From: Macrostomum lignano
Taxonomy: Eukaryota
Reading direction: 5' to 3'
NCBI GenBank assembly: GCA_002269645.1
Contig: NIVC01004521.1
Span: 1 to 43,388, forward strand
DNA length: 43,388 nt
Below the pieces are notes generated by a model. That model worked only from the letters and a program-made list of their open reading frames with translations. It made no database searches and had not been told where the DNA came from. Positions 1 through 12,279 of the stretch are shown here, piece by piece. The position numbers were made by a program, and so were the translations under genes. Within the stretch, counting starts at the first letter, position 1. Each line of letters begins with the position of its first letter.

Positions 1-547
1 AAAATGCTAATAATGATAAAAAACCAAGTTAGAAAATATCGATTATTCGTATTTTAAAATGACTTTTCGAATATTATCTAGCAGCATCTCGCATCTCGGA
101 ACAATTAGTTACTTTTTATCGAACTTTACAAAGGTCTGTAGTAGCTAAGTTTCTTAATCTTCTCTACTGAGTTTACTAAAGTACGATATTTATGTTTTAA
201 TTTAGCTCGTAGCTTTATCTAGAAATATCTACTACAAAAAGAGCATACGTATATCAGGAACCACTCAAATTTTATCTGCGCATAGCTTATGCTTACTTTT
301 TCCAGTATATTGACGGAGGGGTTGTCCTGTATTGTAAGCCTGAATTGTCGATTACGTAGCTACATGCAAACAAAAACTATTTATGCAAATCAGAGCCTGT
401 GAAAGAGGTAGAAAGCCATTTGATTTTTATGTGTGCACACGGCACCAATGTTTAATCAGTTGATTTCTTTCCATGGCCATAACCGGTTTTTTTATTTGTT
501 TTACTTTTCCAATAGCCTTCAATTGATTACTTTCTCCAAAATAACCA

Positions 548-2328
548 ATGCTGGAAAGGTTTGAGCAGAACAGTAAAAACCGGCTCACCACCGCACGAAG
601 CAGGTTTTAAAAACGTTTTCTTGTCAAGTCCCTGACTGCTTGGAGCAGCAATACGAGCGTGACAGAGCGTACCCGCAGGCTCGCCATGAATCCGCTGAAA
701 GCAAGCGTTGGAATCGACAAACGGCTCACGGACTTCCCAGAACCGTCTCTGGAAAGCCGATTTATGTACGCGTCGGTTGGCTACTGCTTTACCTCGCTAT
801 GCTGGCCTCTTTCTAAAAGGATTCTCCGACTTATTATCAAACTGCAGGCTCAGCAGGTCACATCGACTTTGGAGGCTAACCAGGTAGAATTTCAATTTCC
901 AGATCTTTACGTCTGCCTCGAGAACCCATATCGTCAAGTTACTCCAGCCAGATTGACAATAAAATGGTCAACTCAGCGCTTTCAGCAGGACTCTATCATC
1001 TTTATGCAGATTACATGGCTATGGAAAGGACGATCTCACAGCAAGAAGCTATATAAAAAAATCTCTCAGGGCTGCTGCCGCAGTCTGCTCCGTATACTTT
1101 CCTGGCAGACAAGCTTGGTCACAGAGCCGAGCAAACAGTCATTAAAGCTACGCAATCTACAAACATGATTCTGGTTTACCTGGATATGAAGCCCTGCAGC
1201 CACAAGCCTACTACGACCCAAACTTTCTCGCTGCCAAAAGTGGAAACTGAGCAGTGAGTTGCAGAAAAAATCTCACGAGGTGCTCCAGCTCAGGACTGAT
1301 CCTCAGTCTGTTTGTTGACACGGGTTTCCCAGCAGTCAGAATCGAGTCTGGCGTGTTCATCTTTGGTGTCCCAATTCCCCTGTCCGACTGGCATTGTCGG
1401 AGCTCAGTTTGATCAGCACGGACAGGCGGTCCGTGTGCTCGAGTGTTCCTCACCCAGCCAGGAGAAATTCCCTCAGACTTTGTGAAGTCATTCTCTCTGG
1501 ATGCAGCCCAAGTATCACACCGTTTTAATTGGGATGACGCAGCACGTGTACAAAGAAGGCCAGTTTGACGACTGTCTGAGCGAATCTGCAGATGTTCAGT
1601 TTTGTGAATTTTTACGATCAAACGCCAGCAATTATTCGTACAGCTATTCGTATTGCTACTACTATGAGTACCATAGGCAGTACCAGTCGATAATAAACTC
1701 GTCTGGTTTGCAGTCACCTCTGCCATGGCCGTTGAGAGGAAAGCCCTTTGCTTATAACTTTTCGGTTGTGTCAATTGCTGACCTGATGAGACTTGAATCA
1801 AATGCTTCGATAGTACAGCGGGTTAATAGGATTGAGGTGGAAGCACAAAAATTTTGCAAGACAAAGCGTCCATGCAGCCTGATGGACTACAGCATCAGCA
1901 TCTCCAGTGCCGATTGGCCTACACAAAGCTCGGCTGAATCGTTTCTTCAAACTTCGGTGAAGCTGGCTCAGCTAAATGCTCAAGCTAAAAATCAGAGCGT
2001 CCCGGCTCTCGACTACCTATTGAACAACTATTCAACAAGCGACTTTGCCTCCTACGTTGGCAGTAATCTGTTGAAAGTGCACTTTAAACCGGAGCGCGTA
2101 TTCTGCGACAGAGTGACATTCTCCAAAGATTACAGGCTTTCCGACTTCATCTCGGACGTTGGCGGCATAATGGGCGTGTATCTGGGCATGTCCCTGCTGA
2201 CCCTGTGCGAGCTGCTGGAACTTGTGCACGATGTCGCTTTCGGACGGAAAAGTCGGGTGACCAGTCTGCAAAACAATGACGATCTGTCAGCGGAAGTTAA
2301 GCGACGGGTACTTGATACTGGAAACTGA
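548..2328 (+). CDS. DEG/ENaC (amiloride-sensitive/ASIC/FaNaC-like) channel subunit, apparently intronless; 5' half broken by several 1-nt frameshifts (pseudogene or sequencing error)
   Basis: Across frames: pre-TM1 HG motif TAHGLPR, TM1 IYVRVGWLLLYLAMLASF, post-TM1 FPDLYVCLENPY, RVFLTQPGEIP. Clean ORF 1501-2328 carries PCSLMDYSISISSADWPT and TM2 FISDVGGIMGVYLGMSLLTLCELLEL with a GxS filter (GMS). The start at 548 is approximate. Confidence 0.88.
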
Positions 2329-3929
2329 ATCACCAATCAAAAACTGTTGGTCTTTTATTTTCTAAGCCTTATTTTATCTGAGTTACTTTGTAATACGCTC
2401 ACGTCTATGCCAACACCTTTGATCAGTCAGTGTAGCAAGCTTTTTTAACAGGCCACACACAGCACGGTCATCTTCATTGACAGTGATTGATTGGTTATCA
2501 AATATTATTTTTAATGTTTTCCATAGCAGTACTTAAGAAGAAGAAATCTGATGTTTTCTTTTGTTGTTGCAGAAAATTTGGATGGTATTTTTTCATTTTA
2601 ATTCTCTTTGTCGAAACAGCTATTTGATTTTATTGTCATGTCTCTGCAATTTTTCTGTAAGGAAGCAAAAATCTGCTGGACTCGATCTTTTTAACACCTA
2701 ATTTTCACAGTATCTCGATTAATATTAACCTTTTATCATTTCAAGTTGTATCGACCCATGGCAATTTCTTTTGAAATATACTCCTTTTTTCTGCGATAAC
2801 GAAGAGCTAAACATTCGTCTTCAGATAATCTAACGTTATATCGATTGCTCAAGATTGCGTAAGGCCCCAAGCCTAGTCTCAGGCAGCTGTTCCTTTATTT
2901 AGCTTCTATTTATCTGTAGATTTCATAGAGGCGTAACGTCTTTGTCAAAGACGTTACCAAAGAAACGTCGATTCAATGCAAATTCCATCGCAGACAGTAC
3001 CTAGACGGCCTTTAAAATGCTCAGTCTTCAGAGTGTATTTCTAGCCTTACGACTTCTTTAAAGATTCCGGTGTTTAAAATCTAGTGGAATCTGATGGATA
3101 CTATTGAAAATAGACTACTTAACTTGAATTTTTTAAACAGTCCTTGTTCGATGGCCTCATAACAAAAACATGTTACCAGTACCCGCAAATTAGATTCAAA
3201 AATGTTTTCTTTGTTTAGTTAAGTGTTCTAGGTTTCTGTTAAGAATTTTAGGAACAGAACAGAACAGAACTTTAGGTTTCTGTTAAACTCATGCCATCTA
3301 ATGTAGCAGGAGAAGCAGTTAATATCATACATAACATAAAAAACGTCGCGAATTTTACCAACCAAAAAGAGAGAACACGACGCATTCGAGCTCACTGCAA
3401 ACGACGGTTCAACCCAAGTCAGCATATGCAGGGGAGATTCAGAAGTTAGCGGTGGCTTCGTTTGCTTGCATCGGAGGCTCATTCTGCAATGCATTCAGCT
3501 TGTCTCGGCGTTACGGGCAGCGGCATCGTTTAATTCGTGCAGCCTAGTGGAGATAACTGGCCACGAATCGGGTATTGAGACCGATAGGTGAAAAAAGTGC
3601 GGGGTTTAGTGTAATTGAATCAAAGGAGTAACTAGTTTCTAATGATCCATGTCGGATAATTGAAGATTCTAGGTACGTTTAGGAACTAGATTGAGTACAA
3701 TGGCTGAGTGAAGTTAATGGGTTATGGGATTTCGGCCATTGGGTGGCTGACCTTTGTATGTGAATTATGAAAACGACCTGGGTAGAAAAATTCCCGGATG
3801 AATTCATAAAGCAAATATCGTAAATTGGCGTTGCAGGTAGTTATGTTGATTAATGGACTATATTGCAATACATAGCCGTTTCGTGTTTACAGTTCTCTAG
3901 TCTCTCCATTAATTATCCGAAAATTAGAG

Positions 3930-5073
3930 ATGAGCACTTTGATGACAGCCAAATTAGATAGTGTATGCTCTGGGCCATTGCTTGCCGTGACAACAAAGCA
4001 GATAAAAAAGAATCCGTTGAAAGAAAATGCTCCCTGCAAATCCAATGCAACTGGTCCTTGCGAAAACAAATACAGACGTCATGCAGCAGCTTATCGACCA
4101 CTACGCACGTTATGCCAAGAGTCGTTAGCGACAAGCCAGTCTATGTCCGAATCATGTGGCTATTGATCTACCTGAGTACGTTGGCCCTTTTCATGAAAGG
4201 CTTGGCACAGGGTGTTTGAGTCTATCTGACGCCACCCGGTAAGTACCAACTCATTTTGTGACGTCATTCTCGCTTTACACTGGCCAGCACCACGCCGTTG
4301 AGATTCGAATGCGCGGCAAAGTTACCAACCAGGCTAGTTTGACTGTCTGAGTGAACTCCCAGAAGTGCAGTTTTTGAACCCGTATGATCATAATCCATAC
4401 AATTATACGTAGAGTTATTCATATTGTTACTACTACGAGTATCACTGTGAGTTTCTGAAGCTATTCAACTTCTCGGGACAACTGAGTCCATTTCCGTGGC
4501 CGCTGAGAGGCAAGAACTTTATATTGAATACTTCCATCATAGATTGGATTGGATATTTGATAGTAAAAGTACAATGTGAAAAATGTCTTCAATATATAAA
4601 ACACTAACTGATCACTGCAATTCGAAGTGACCTTGTAAAACCCTCGACTACACAGCGTGTGTTCCAGCGTTGATTGGCCCACCGAGAGCTCGATGACTTC
4701 CTTCATCAATGACGTCATTCCAGCTGTTAAAGTGCAAGCTCGGACAAAGGGTCAAGTGGCGCCTGTAATAGATTTTTTGTTTGCTGAAAATAAATCAACT
4801 GTAACCTCCTATGTGAGCAAAAACCTGCTGAAAGTTCACCTGAAACCAGCTTGTACGCTTTGTTTTGGTGCGTCGTTCTCGAGGGACTACGGACTATCAT
4901 ATTTTCTGTCGGATATTGGCGGCATCATGGGAATCTAGTTGGGCATGTCGTTGATGACAGTGTGCGAACTGTTCGAACTGATATTTGATCTGCTCCATTT
5001 CAATAAGCGGAAGATTTCTGCGACACCTTCTGTGTCTGATTTTTCATCTGTGCAGACTTCTTCTGCAGGCTGA
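3930..5073 (+). pseudogene. DEG/ENaC paralog pseudogene
   Basis: STTTHVMPRVVSDKPVYVRIMWLLIYL (pre-TM1/TM1), YSYCYYYEYH, SPFPWPLRGK and FLSDIGGIMGI*LGMSLMTVCELFEL all align to the first copy. It has in-frame TAG stops (4936-4938 where copy 1 has Tyr TAT), frameshifts, and about 600 nt missing after TM1. Confidence 0.85.
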
Positions 5074-5427
5074 CACTTTTAAAGTTCTTATTAAAGATTT
5101 TTTAATGAAAATTCTTCGTTACACTGCATAATACTATACTAATCCAAAGTAATAGGGATCCAAAGAAGATAACTATTTACCTGCTTAAAGCTATTAACAT
5201 CATACAAATCTTTCTGCTTTGAAGTTAAACAAACTGTCCAGATAATAAAAAAAACACATTTGTTTTGGATGGTAAGTTAGTAGGATCAATCAAGTAATAT
5301 TGGGACAATGCGAAAAGTCACTCTTTTATGCTACTGAATTCTAAAGCTAGTAAGCGCCTTCATAGATGACGATTTATTGAACAAATAAGATCGTTTTTAA
5401 TGTTTCATTGTCGTTTGGAAAGGGTCA

Positions 5428-5621
5428 CTTAAGCACCAGAATGGAGCCCGAAGTTCAGCTCCGGACCAAACCGACTGCAATCGATAACTTGTCGGCCCGG
5501 ACGACCAGGTCAGGGCCTGGGATGGGATGTCTCGGCGATTCTAGTCGTCTGGGCCGACAAGTTATCGATTGCAGTCTGTTTGGTCCGGAGCTGAACTTCA
5601 GGTTCCATTCTGGTGCTTAAG
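5428..5621. mobile_element. Foldback/MITE-like inverted repeat (78-bp arms, 38-nt spacer)
   Basis: 5428-5505 is the reverse complement of 5544-5621 with 4 mismatches. Both ends read CTTAAG (contains TTAA), and looser complementarity extends to about 5419/5633. Confidence 0.7.
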
Positions 5622-7211
5622 TTGACACCCCTTTATTTTTTGTTCTGTTGTAAAAAATATCTCACAGAGAAAATACATCGGGTGATATATACCCCTCAGG
5701 AACACTGGAGACATACTTTAAAAAGCCAGTCCTAAAAATGGGTACAATTTCGAAAAGAACAACTTGGCAAGATAAACAAAAACCTAGACAGAATTTTTCA
5801 TGATTTCGGAATCACATAATCGATTTTGACAATTTTGGTCTTGTTATAAAGCAGAATAAATTATTGTACTAAAGACTAGCTGGGCACGTTTGATAAAGAG
5901 TTTTCCTGACAAAGAGTTGTCTGATCGTGTACCTTTCACTCTAACCCCCTAATTTACTCTTGGCGCCTTTTATAAATGTTTTTGCACTTATTGATTCCGC
6001 GGTATAGCACTGCTAATCTTAATCTCAACATTGGCACATTTTCTTGACACCTAATCTGACACATATGGGAAGTGTGTTAATCCCAGCACGCGTTCGGGGT
6101 TCCACTCGGTAATAAAACATTTCCCACAGAAACCTTACAGAGCTGATCTTTTCTATAAATAGAACTCCAGCACAATCAATGTGCGTGCTTCCCGTAGTGC
6201 TGACGTTAATGCGGGGAACAAACTGTTTAGCTTAACGTCCCAATAACATGAAAGATTTTTTATTTATTGCTGACTAAGGACATTTCAGTAGACCAACTAA
6301 CGTACTATAATAAAGCAAATTTAATACAAGGTTTGTCTAGTAAATTGCTCAAAAGTAAATATATTTTTCCATGTTTCCGAAAGATATTTTAGGTTTTTTT
6401 TTTGAATAACTAAATGCTAGTTAGCTTCTAAGTTTACTACACCATTACTAGCACCCAGAAAATATATTATTGAGTTGTCTTAGCTGCAAGTAACACTATT
6501 GCCAATGAATTTGCATGCAGCTAGCAGTCTGATTTCAGAAATGCCTGGCACAACGCTGACCACTGTGCTCGGATATGAAAGGTGCGGGGAAGCCTTTTGA
6601 ATTTAAGTCAATAATAACTCAGCAGTGAGTGCAAGTTGCTGGGGGGAATGATTTTGAGACTGAAATACTCTCTCACCGCCAACAGCAGACTTTTACGGTC
6701 CCTGCCCAGCCAGGGAAAAGAGGCGAGTTGCCAAGGGGCGCTGAGTGAGCGCAGAGTTCAACCCCCAAGCCTCTTCCCCTAATCTGGCCAGTTGACCGAA
6801 CCTTCCGATTAAGAGCCGATGCGATTTCGGTTTATTCTCAGTCTGGCAGTCCTTCAACGCCTCCCCCCGCGGCCAGCGACAACTCTTAGCACAGAGTGCA
6901 CTCCCAGGACCCCGTCGCTCTCTGCCGATTTGCTTCCCTGTTCTCTTAGAATTTGCTAGCAAAAACGATTCTACCCACCCTCCACCACTGCATTGTGAGC
7001 GCTCGAAACCAGAGCGTATCCAGTTGTTAAGTAAAAAATCGGAGAAAGCGAGTGCAGCAAAAGAATTTTGTTGGCTGCTCCAATAAAAACTGCACAGCGA
7101 TTTCACCCAGAAAGGACCGGATTCCGTAAGCATAATTTGACCGCGTTTCATAGCTTGCTGCAAGGATTGAGATTAAAACCCACCAGTGGAGCCCATTTGG
7201 ACGGCCCAGAA

Positions 7212-8030
7212 ATGGGTGTAATTATGAAGCAGCTGTGGATTAGCAGCGATAGCAGAAAGCTCGTGTCCCACAAGCTGCAGAGACGCCTAGTGATCATCTC
7301 TGTAATCCTCGGCGTCTCAGTTTTCATCTTGTTCCTCGGCGGCTTGATGTGGGCTCTGATTGCCGCGAATCGTGATCCATCTGTAAATATTTCCTCTCTG
7401 AAGTACATCTCGTATGCGTTCTTCGGCATCGGCGGCGTCGGCATAATCGCATTCTGCTTCATGTGGCTCGTGTTTGTTCGCGACGCAAAATTTGAGATAC
7501 ACCAGCAAGAGTTGCGACATGCGCCGAATTTGTTTCGCTTTCCGCCTCCGGACGTAGAGGAAGAGACGCGTTCGGGCTTCGCCGTGACGGGTCAGGAGGA
7601 GAGCACCCAGATGACTGACCTACATGGCAGTAGACCGGACGTGGTTGTGGCAGTCGCTGTAGAAGTGGACGCAGCTCGCGAGCGACCAGGCGTGGTGTCT
7701 TCCGATGGAACGCGTCATCCGAGCGAGTCGTCCTTGACAACAGGCGTATACGACCCAGCCAGTCCGTCTGGCGGCCTGTCCTCGACGTCATCGGAGCGAC
7801 CCTTGACGGCGGTGCTACCTAGTCGGTACAATCGAGCCGGCCGACTGCCCAGCGATATGCCTCGGCCCAGAGCGGTAAGCAATTCGGATTCAATTAATGG
7901 AGCGGCGCTGTCTGCAAGTTCTGGCTCCGCGCTATCGCCAGCGGCGGTTATTCTGGAGCCGTCAGCACTGAGGTACTCGCGGCCCAGCTCTGTCACGACA
8001 AGCAGTAGCAAAGAACGGTTCATTGTCTGA
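7212..8030 (+). CDS. Intronless two-transmembrane protein (272 aa) with long Ser/Pro-rich C-terminal tail; function unknown
   Basis: The first ATG of ORF 7068-8030 is at 7212. Hydrophobic segments LVIISVILGVSVFILFLGGLMWALIAA and YISYAFFGIGGVGIIAFCFMWLVFV flank a short loop containing N-I-S. The composition is GC-rich and coding-like. The protein ends ...ERFIV. Confidence 0.8.
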   Translation: MGVIMKQLWISSDSRKLVSHKLQRRLVIISVILGVSVFILFLGGLMWALIAANRDPSVNISSLKYISYAFFGIGGVGIIAFCFMWLVFVRDAKFEIHQQELRHAPNLFRFPPPDVEEETRSGFAVTGQEESTQMTDLHGSRPDVVVAVAVEVDAARERPGVVSSDGTRHPSESSLTTGVYDPASPSGGLSSTSSERPLTAVLPSRYNRAGRLPSDMPRPRAVSNSDSINGAALSASSGSALSPAAVILEPSALRYSRPSSVTTSSSKERFIV

Positions 8031-10319
8031 TGACTGTTTTAGGATAAATACTTCCAATTGAAATTCATTTACTATGTCGATGCATAGAAGAAAAGATCCC
8101 TATTATTTTCTGAACGTCTGGCCAAAGGTTAAACTTCAATATAGCCTCTTGGACTTACGTCAAGTCAGGGATCTCTTTATAGCTGGAACGAAAAAAGTCT
8201 TAAGTTCTTACCATCGTGCAAAAGTCCATCAGATACAGAGCAAGTATAGCAATCTTGCTGGTTGCTGAATTTTAAAAAAAATATGAACTGCTGGGTTGGG
8301 TTTGATTGGTCGTTGATACAGAATTGTAATGTCATATTGTACTTGACTATGATGATTATCTGGACATAAGTCTGCAGACTATTTTTCTACCGTGTGCACA
8401 CTGCCAATCTTCTTTGTTGAACTCATTTTATGTTTGTTGACTTTTCGTGTCACATCTTTTCATGTTTTATTCACCTCCTGCGCCTTAAAAACCGAAACTC
8501 TTTCATTGTCCGAACCGAAGTGATTCAAGCATTCGTTTTCGCCCTGACTAACTTACTGGTAGCTACGTATAATTTTATAATTTATACCCGCGAAAAAACA
8601 ACTAAACCCATTGTAGACAGTTTTTTCGACAATGCCTTGAACTGAAAGGACAAAAGGACGATATTCTGAAAAAATTTACTCGTCTAACAATTCTACAAAA
8701 AATGTGTCCAAAGTTAGTAAAAGTTAAATTTAAATTAATTTTCTGTTTAAAATAGCAGTAGAGTTTATCAAGATTGTCGAAAAAAAGACAAAATGTTATA
8801 AATTCAATAACGCGACAATTGTAGTTAACTCTGCGATTCATCCTTATGTAGAGTCAAATTTGAAAAATCCGTTGTGAGAAATATTCAAATCAGAGCTGCA
8901 ATTTATGTTTTATTTGTAATTGTACTACGAGTAAAGTTTTCGGCATCGCTTTTGTTTAAAAAATCGACTATATAAGTTAATTTCAAACGATTTACGATTG
9001 GTGTTGAGCTCTAGTTCGTAAATACGCTCGTAGTTAGATGCGTTAAATAACTGGCACATCCGATAGCTACTGCACTTCTTAAGGAAACTCATAACAATTG
9101 CTTCCATCCATTGTTTCTTAAGGTATCGCGACTTTTAGACCATTGGAATATATGTTCTATTGCTGCAATAACTCTTTTTATATCCAGTGCATCTAGCGTA
9201 CATATACAATTGTACAAATTGCTCACAGCTTTCTGTAGGGAGTCAAAAGTCGTAGAAAGCATTGCGTTTAAATGAAACATATTTCTTAATTAAAATTCTC
9301 GCAATATGTTTAGTGAATAATGTAAAAGAAAGTTATACTAGAGGTGACTTATTCATCTGAATAGTATATAAATTTGTTTGTGAGCTCAGTTTTTTCGGTT
9401 CTGTTGGAGTACAAATACTGAAAACAAGCTATATATTGCCAGACAGTTAGCATGGGAGTTACCCTGGACGGCTTAGTTATTAGGGCTTAAAGAGCCTCTG
9501 AGGAAATGCAATAGCGCCAAGTGCTGCATATAGTCCCGGGTGAGCTATAGTTTAAACTGACTTTGAGACAGTACTCCAGGGTTTAGGATTTGCTAAACAA
9601 ACATTACTGTGTGGCTGGACATTTTTCTCATATGAGGGAAGAGGAACTATATATAGCTAGCTATAGTGAAATCAATGGCATTACCATATAGAAGCCATTG
9701 CAATAATTTCGTTAATGGGAAATTACTAATCAAGCCTATAAAAAAATCGATCATTATTTGATTGACTGACGTTCGATTTGTGAGAATAGTTAAGTAAGCT
9801 GGTGGATTTTCTGTCTTACATGTACATGCAGTTGCAACGGTTAGTGGATAATATAAGTACATTCTTTATTCGAATATGCCAACGTTTATCCGTAAGGGCG
9901 TGTCCTAGAGGTAGAACTACAAGTACAAAATTGTTGTACAGCTTGAATAGAAAAGCACACACACAGTTTGGACCCTGGAACGGCTACAGAGAGAAAGCAT
10001 TGTTCTATATAGTATTGATACGAACTGGCACACTTAGTATTGACTCAGCCAGAGCTTCTGCGTTAGATATAGCGCAATGGGAAAATAGACAGCTGGTCAA
10101 TACAGTCACCTTTTTAGCTACTGTAGACAGTAAGGAAATTCCCCTCAGCCAGAAAGCATGAGTTATGAGTTTTTAGAATGCATAAGACTGACAAACAGAG
10201 CTACTGAAAGTGGCGAAGAAAGGAAACAATGAACTTCATTCGATCTGAGTATTGCTCAAGCTTAAGTTGTTTAGTGTCAACACATGAGTTGAGGGAATGA
10301 GTTGAGTTGAGGGAATCAT

Positions 10320-11125
10320 TTGAGGGAATGATGGGAAGAATCAAGATGGAGTGGGAAGAATCAGGATGGAGTGTGAAGAATCAGGATGGGATGGGAAGAA
10401 TCAAGATCGGATGGGAAGAATCAGGATGGGATGGGAAGAATCAGGATGGGGTGGGAAGAATCAGGATGGGATGGAAAGAATCAGGATGGGTGGGAAGAAT
10501 CAGGATGGGATGGGAAGAATCAGAATTGGATGGGAAGAATCAGGATGGGATGGGAAGAATCAGGATGGGATGGGAAGAATCAGGATGGGGTGGGAAGAAT
10601 CAGGATGGGATGGAAAGAATCAGGATGGGTGGGAAGAATCAGGATGGGATGGGAAGAATCAGAATTGGATGGGAAGAATCAGGATGGGATGGGAAGAATC
10701 AGGATGGGATGGGAAGAATCAGGATGGAGTGGAAGAATCAGGATGGAGTGGAAGAATCAAGATGGAGTGGAAGAATCAGGATGGAATGGGAAGAATCAGG
10801 ATGGAATGGGAAGAATCAGAATTGGATGGGAAGAATCAGGATGGGATGGGAAGAATCAGGATGGGATGGGAAGAATCAGGATGGAGTGGGAAGAATCAGG
10901 ATGGAGTGGAAGAATCAGGATGGAGTGGAAGAATCAGGATGGAGTGGAAGAATCAGGATGGAATGGGAAGAATCAGGATGGAATGGGAAGAATCAGGATG
11001 GGATGGGAAGAATCAGGATGGAGTGGAAGAATCAGGATGGAGTGGAAGAATCAGGATGGAGTGGAAGAATCAGGATGGAGTGGAAGAATCAGGATGGAGT
11101 GGAAGAATCAGGATGGGGTAGGATG
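10320..11125. repeat. Purine-rich minisatellite, 19-20-nt unit (GGGAAGAATCAGGATGGGAT / GGAAGAATCAGGATGGAGT), about 40 copies
   Basis: The tandem unit is read directly from the sequence; it explains the three repetitive ORFs at 10307-11216. Confidence 0.95.
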
Positions 11126-11639
11126 GGGTAAATCCAATATTCCAACGTACGTGTCCATATTCCAAGGTACTCAATCCACCAATACCTGCCACAATAGCGA
11201 TAGGACTAAATTTTAAATGTTTAAGTAGGTTTATTCAATGTATTCATGCTTTCTGTACATTCAATATATTATGCTTTGTGGCCATGAGTACTTATGAACG
11301 CTTAATTTTCAAGTGCCAACAGATCTAGAAATGCATATCTATGGTACTCAAACGAAATCAACCAATAACGTTGAAGTATGAAAGCAACTAAAAGAAGGAC
11401 CACTGGTAAATTGCATTGCTTTTTTGTAAAACATGTTGCACGCACGCGATCATATTGGGCATCAAAGTTACGTTGGTAGACTTTCTGAGTAAATCGTTCA
11501 TTAATTACCATTTTATCACGCTGGCGCGCGTTAGATGCACGATTTACTGTGCGTCTAATGTAGGTGTCTATGGCAATTTTCTATCTGAGTAAAGGCAACA
11601 AGCGTGCGTCTAACGCGTGCGTGTAATGCACGGAAAGTG

Positions 11640-12279
11640 AGTAGCACCTCTGGAGATTTCCGATCGAAGTAGTCAGACAGCCTCTTCAGATCAACAGGCT
11701 CGATCGATTGGAAGTGTCGGGCGCGTCCGCCTCGGGCAATGAAGATTCTGCCCATTGACTTCAGTGTCGTATTGGAAGCATAGAATGCGTCGTCAGTTAG
11801 AATATTGATTCGCCTTGTCGACATGAAATGCCGGTAGAGCGCAGCTCGGATACAAATCAACGTGGCTGGAGCAAAGTATTCGCCATTCCTCTTGCGAAGT
11901 GAGCCATAGAAGTATCGCAATAGTCGATCTCGCGCGGTGTAGAAGTCGCCAAATCACGCTGAACTGACGGATGGTTCTCCATGAAGCTCTGCAACTTTCC
12001 GACATAATATTCGGTAGCCTTTGTCACACTTTTACTAGCAGCGGTGTCCTCGATTTCGGAAACGAGCTGTTCCAATTCAAGTAGTTCAGCTTCTTCGTCA
12101 GGTATCTTCTTGAAAAGTGCCTCCAGAAGATCCTCCTCTTCTCAATCAATTGCCGACTCCGGTAGATTATCAGGCTCGTTCAGAATGTCGTCAATCTCAT
12201 TGGTGGACAAGCCGGAAATCATTTCGTTTGGAAATTTGCTCAGATTCAGAAGTCTGACTTTAGTTGGTGGCTCAGCCAT
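11640..12279 (-). mobile_element. Truncated, degenerate Crypton-type (DUF3504; KCTD1/QRICH1/ZMYM-related) tyrosine-recombinase ORF
   Basis: ATG at 12279, an in-frame TGA after about 46 codons, and a frameshift near 11925. It then reads LRYFYGSLRKRNGEYFAPATLICIRAALYRHF..INILTDDAFYASNTTLK..G....FQSIEPVDLKRLSDYFDRKSPEVL, the N-terminal pattern of Crypton/DUF3504 proteins. Similarity stops before the catalytic Arg region. Confidence 0.72.

Noticed and set aside
4238-4290. GTAAGT donor-like site in ENaC copy 2, suggesting an intron explains the missing segment
   Set aside because: The bases encode the conserved post-TM1 PVST motif (copy 1 QVTS), and an intron would remove sequence rather than restore the missing ~600 nt.
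8925-9280. Two short overlapping minus-strand ORFs (60 and 63 aa) in AT-rich DNA
   Set aside because: No recognisable motif, splice context or coding-like composition.
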